This document shows, in pieces, positions 60,328 through 64,000 of a DNA stretch of 64,000 nucleotides. The stretch covers positions 512,001-576,000 of the forward strand of contig OZ219754.1 of assembly GCA_964291295.2 (NCBI GenBank), given 5' to 3'. Numbering within the stretch: position 1 is the stretch's first letter; each line of letters opens with the position of its first letter. Origin of the DNA: an uncultured Candidatus Binatia bacterium. GTDB lineage: Bacteria; Desulfobacterota; Binatia; UBA9968; JAJDTQ01. The position numbers and the translations under genes are program-made. The notes below the pieces were generated by a model. The model was not told the DNA's origin and searched no databases. It saw only the letters and a list, made by a program, of their open reading frames with translations.

Positions 60328-61617
60328 TTGCTCCCGATCAAGAGTCTTCGCCGACGCCTGTCGGGACTCTACCACGGCTGGCGGATGGTGGGGCGGGCGG
60401 CCCTCATCCGGACCATCGGAGGCGGACTCCACAGCTTCGGCTTCACGGTCTACTTCATTCCCATCCGGCAGGAACTGGGGATCAGCGCCGCGGCCACCTC
60501 GCTGGCCTTCTCCCTGGCCCGCGCCGAGGGCGCCATCGAGGGACCGCTGACCGGCTGGCTCATCGACCGCTTCGGCCCCGGACCCGTGATATTGACCGCG
60601 GCGATCCTGTGCGGCATCGGCTATGTTCTCTTTTCCACCGTCGACAGCTACGCCAGCTTCCTGATCATCTACGTCGGGATCATCTCCCTGACCTTTACGG
60701 CCGGCTTCGTGCACGCTCCGGCGGTGCTTGCCGTCAACTGGTTCCGGCGCTATCGTGCGCGGGCGCTGACCTGCCTGAGCGCTGCCATGCCGGTCGGTGG
60801 AACCTTCGTCACGCTCCTGCTCGCGGTGGCCGTCCACGCCTGGGGCTGGCGCACGGCCGCGTTCCTGGCAGGATGCGTGTTCCTGTTCGTGGCCGCTCCA
60901 TTGACCCTGCGGATTCGCCGGTCACCGGAGAGCATGGGCCTGCAGATCGACACGGGGACGGCGTCCACCCCGGCGTCACCGGACGGGCTGGACGATGGCG
61001 GCGCGGCGCCGTCCGGCGAGTCCGACCACGGCGCCGGCCAGGCCATGCGTACCCCGGTCTACTGGCTCTTCGTGCTGTGGATGACCACCCGCAGCGCCGC
61101 CTACACGGTCGTCCTCACGCACTTCATCCCGTTGATGGTGTGGAAGGGCCTGACGTTCCTCACCGGGGGACTGGTGCTGTCGTGGTTCAACTTCGTGAAC
61201 ATCGCCGCCCACTTCATCATGGGGTGGATCGCCGACCAGACCCACAAGGTACGCCTCGCGGCCCTGTGCATGGCGCTTGCCTTCGTCTCGGTCCTCATCC
61301 TGATGTGGAGCGACACGGTCGTGGGCTTGCTGCTGTTCGCCACGCTGTTCAGCGTGCTGGACGCCTCGATACCGGTCTTGTGGGCGGCGGTGGGGGACTA
61401 TTTCGGGCGGCGGCGCTTCGGTACCATCCGCGGCAGCATGAGCTTCTTCTACATGTGGGGAGGCGTGCTGGGTCCCTGGCTGGCCGGCAGCATGGTCGAT
61501 CGTTTCCACAGCTACGCCCATGTATTGTGGCTCCTCCTGGGGCTGGTAGGGGCGGCCGGGGCCGCGGCGGCCCTGCTCATCAGACCCTGGAGCCGGGCCG
61601 TCGGGCGCAACGGCTGA
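60328..61617 (+). CDS. MFS transporter
   Basis: GWLIDRFGP, NWFRRYRARA, DYFGRRRFGTIRG; about 12 TM segments; start uncertain. Confidence 0.9.
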   Translation: MLPIKSLRRRLSGLYHGWRMVGRAALIRTIGGGLHSFGFTVYFIPIRQELGISAAATSLAFSLARAEGAIEGPLTGWLIDRFGPGPVILTAAILCGIGYVLFSTVDSYASFLIIYVGIISLTFTAGFVHAPAVLAVNWFRRYRARALTCLSAAMPVGGTFVTLLLAVAVHAWGWRTAAFLAGCVFLFVAAPLTLRIRRSPESMGLQIDTGTASTPASPDGLDDGGAAPSGESDHGAGQAMRTPVYWLFVLWMTTRSAAYTVVLTHFIPLMVWKGLTFLTGGLVLSWFNFVNIAAHFIMGWIADQTHKVRLAALCMALAFVSVLILMWSDTVVGLLLFATLFSVLDASIPVLWAAVGDYFGRRRFGTIRGSMSFFYMWGGVLGPWLAGSMVDRFHSYAHVLWLLLGLVGAAGAAAALLIRPWSRAVGRNG

Positions 61618-61951
61618 CGCCGCCGCAGCGGTCCCGGAGCACGGGAACGACCCGTACACGCCGCCGCCCCCGGAGCGGCCGCCGCCGGGCGACGTCATCG
61701 CGGGCAACCACCCCGGAAGCACATCCGACAGGCAGATCCCGGGACTTCACGGGACATGTCCTTTGCGAAGACGGCGTGCCGTTTACCGCGGTGTGCCGTC
61801 TCATCTATAGTCACTGCAAGGAAAGAGCCCGGGGACGGGACCGGGGACGGGAATTCCGGGCGAACGCTTCCCGCGGAATGAATCGTACATGCCGCAGGGT
61901 GGTCGCCTCCCGCACGCACGTCCCGTCCACGTCTCCAGGTGCCACACCGGC

Positions 61952-62614
61952 ATGAATCGACAAAAGCGCACGGCCATCTACCGCCGGCTCCGGGAACGCA
62001 ACCCCAGCCCCTCCACCGAGCTGGACTGGGTGGACCCGTTCGAACTGCTGGTGGCGGTTGTATTGTCGGCCCAGGCCACCGACGTGAGCGTCAACAAGTG
62101 CACCGCCGCGCTGTTCCCGGTGGCCAACACCCCCGAAAAGATCCTTCGCCTGGGCACCAACCGGCTCAAGCGCTACATCCGCACCATCGGCCTGTTCAAC
62201 AGCAAGGCCGACAACCTCATCAAGACCTGCAGCCTCCTCATCGACGAGCACGGAGGAGAGGTGCCGCGCACCCGGGAGGCGCTGGAAAAGCTCCCCGGCG
62301 TCGGCCGCAAGACCGCCAACGTCATCCTCAACACCGCCTTCGGCGAACCCGCCATCGCGGTGGACACACACATCTTCCGCGTCGCCAACCGCACGCGCAT
62401 GGCCAAGGGGAAGAACCCCCTGGAGGTGGAGACCCGCCTCACCCGGCTGACGCCTCCGGAGTTCCGCAAGGACGCCCACCACTGGCTGATCCTGCACGGC
62501 CGCTACGTCTGCAAGGCGCGCAAACCCGAGTGCCCGACCTGCGCCATCGCCGACCTTTGCGAGTTTCCGGACAAGACTCCCGCCTCGCCCACTGCCGCCT
62601 CACCCACTTCATGA
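61952..62614 (+). CDS. nth: Endonuclease III
   Basis: LSAQATD, LPGVGRKTAN, VDTH, CKARKPECPTC...C. Confidence 0.96.
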   Translation: MNRQKRTAIYRRLRERNPSPSTELDWVDPFELLVAVVLSAQATDVSVNKCTAALFPVANTPEKILRLGTNRLKRYIRTIGLFNSKADNLIKTCSLLIDEHGGEVPRTREALEKLPGVGRKTANVILNTAFGEPAIAVDTHIFRVANRTRMAKGKNPLEVETRLTRLTPPEFRKDAHHWLILHGRYVCKARKPECPTCAIADLCEFPDKTPASPTAASPTS

Positions 62615-62875
62615 CCGGATGGGGCTCACCTTCCCGAGTCGGATTGACAACATGGGCGTGTTGCCGCATACCTTTCGGCACCAGACCCGCAAGAGACACC
62701 GCCGGCGGCGCGGGGGCGGGCACCTGTTCCGTGGAGCGCGGATGCCGGCTCCTCGACATCGACCCGGGCAGGGTTCTGGAACCGTCGGGCACGGTTCCGG
62801 TCGCCATCAAGCCGTGTTCCCGTTTCAGGCACGGGTGGCCCACCGGCCCGTGTCCATCCCGCACCCGGAGAACCC

Positions 62876-63640
62876 ATGGCAGCCATCGTTCTGGAAAAGA
62901 CCGGCCGCGTGGCCTCCATCGTCATCGACCGTCCGCCGTTGAACGTGCTCGACCTGGCAAGGCTGCGGGAACTGCGCACGGTGCTCGACGACATGGACGG
63001 GGACGAGACGGTGGACCTCGTGGAGATTCGCGGCGCGGGCAACAGGGCCTTTTCGGCCGGCGTGGACGTGAAGGACCACACCCGGGCTCAGGTGCCCGAG
63101 ATGCTTGATCTTGTGCACGGCGTGATCCGGAAGCTGATGGGTCTCCGGCAACCCACCATCGCGGTCGTGGACGGCGTCTGTCTGGGCGGGGGCTGCGAGT
63201 TGGCTTCGTCCTGCGACCTGGTCCTTGCCTCCGAAGACAGCCTGTTCGCCACTCCGGAGATCACCGTCGGCTGTTTCCCGCCAGTGGCGCTGGCGCGGTT
63301 CGCCTCGCAGATCGGCTACCACCGGGCTGCCGAGATGATCCTCACGGGCCGCCGCCTGTCGGCACGGGAGGCCGCCGCCATCGGACTGGTGAACCGCGTG
63401 GTGCCGCGGGACCGACTCGGCGAGACACTGCAGACACTTCGAGACGAATTGCTGGACAAGAGCCGGGCGGTGCTGCGCATCACCCTCAAGGGTCTGCGGG
63501 AAATCGGACTCAAGGAAATCGCCGCCGCGCTGGCGCGTTCCGAAGAGATCTATCTCAAGGAGCTGCTGGATACCGAAGACGTCGAGGAAGGCGTCCGGGC
63601 GTTCCTGGAGAAACGCGAGCCAAGGTGGCTGCACCGATAG
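62876..63640 (+). CDS. Enoyl-CoA hydratase/isomerase family protein
   Basis: PPLNVL, FSAGVDV, LGGGCEL, PEITVG. Confidence 0.92.
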   Translation: MAAIVLEKTGRVASIVIDRPPLNVLDLARLRELRTVLDDMDGDETVDLVEIRGAGNRAFSAGVDVKDHTRAQVPEMLDLVHGVIRKLMGLRQPTIAVVDGVCLGGGCELASSCDLVLASEDSLFATPEITVGCFPPVALARFASQIGYHRAAEMILTGRRLSAREAAAIGLVNRVVPRDRLGETLQTLRDELLDKSRAVLRITLKGLREIGLKEIAAALARSEEIYLKELLDTEDVEEGVRAFLEKREPRWLHR

Positions 63641-63677
63641 CCGCGGGGCCGCCTCCACCGTCGGGCGGGTTGGCTGG

Positions 63678-63950
63678 CCAGACAGCTTCGATGATCCGTT
63701 CCCGATCGGGAACAAAGCTGCGCTCGAGCGGCGGCGCGCACGGCACGGGGATGTTGGAAGCGGCGACCGGAGGATGGGGCTGTCGAGGTGGTAGAGCGCC
63801 TGCTCCTGGATCCGGGCGGCGATTTCCGCGCCCCCCCGCCTCGTGCACCACGATCAACCGTGACGTCTTTCTGACCGACGCCACCAAGGTGTCGACGTCC
63901 AGCGGCACAAGGCTGCGGAGATCCAGGACCTCCACGGAGACCTGCCCGCC
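63678..63950 (-). pseudogene. 2-oxoacid dehydrogenase E1 beta C-terminal remnant
   Basis: [12 protein letters not shown]...[15 protein letters not shown]...LDSPI/PVP...LE with two frameshifts. Confidence 0.8.
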
Positions 63951-64000
63951 AGCGCCGCGCCGATGGCCGCGCCCATTCATGCGCCGGCTCCCGCTGGTTG

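Noticed and set aside
15722-62798. Shared GGAACCGT...ACGGTTCC hairpin at 15722 and 62778 as a REP family
   Set aside because: Only two copies with different loops; not enough to call a repeat family.

Overview
High-GC bacterial chromosomal window. The abundant Tct transporters, LLM oxidoreductases, amidohydrolases and Mo-hydroxylases suggest a Binatia/Tectomicrobia-like heterotroph, possibly host-associated (inference only). Housekeeping genes (dinB, hemE, hemY/G, aat, addAB, nth) alternate with catabolic clusters: two xanthine-dehydrogenase-family S/L/M sets, an acetylene-hydratase-like Mo enzyme with a TauD dioxygenase, a LigAB-like dioxygenase and amidohydrolases. Four eroded accessory patches are present: tandem integrases (1-1243), a dead type II RM plus TIR remnant (27.5-30.1 kb), a mosaic of integrase/IS630/OLD/AbiE/type I RM fragments (43.4-46.5 kb), and aquaporin/Fic chimeric remnants next to an apparently intact GmrSD-like gene (51.7-56.3 kb). 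The best candidate for an undescribed system is 17.0-19.9 kb: a short BoxB-like di-iron aryl-CoA epoxidase followed by a thioredoxin-fold [2Fe-2S] protein and a stand-alone NuoF-like flavoprotein instead of BoxA, with a PaaR-type operator at the predicted transcription start. No tRNA, rRNA or CRISPR array was recognised. All calls come from motif recognition by eye, not database searches.
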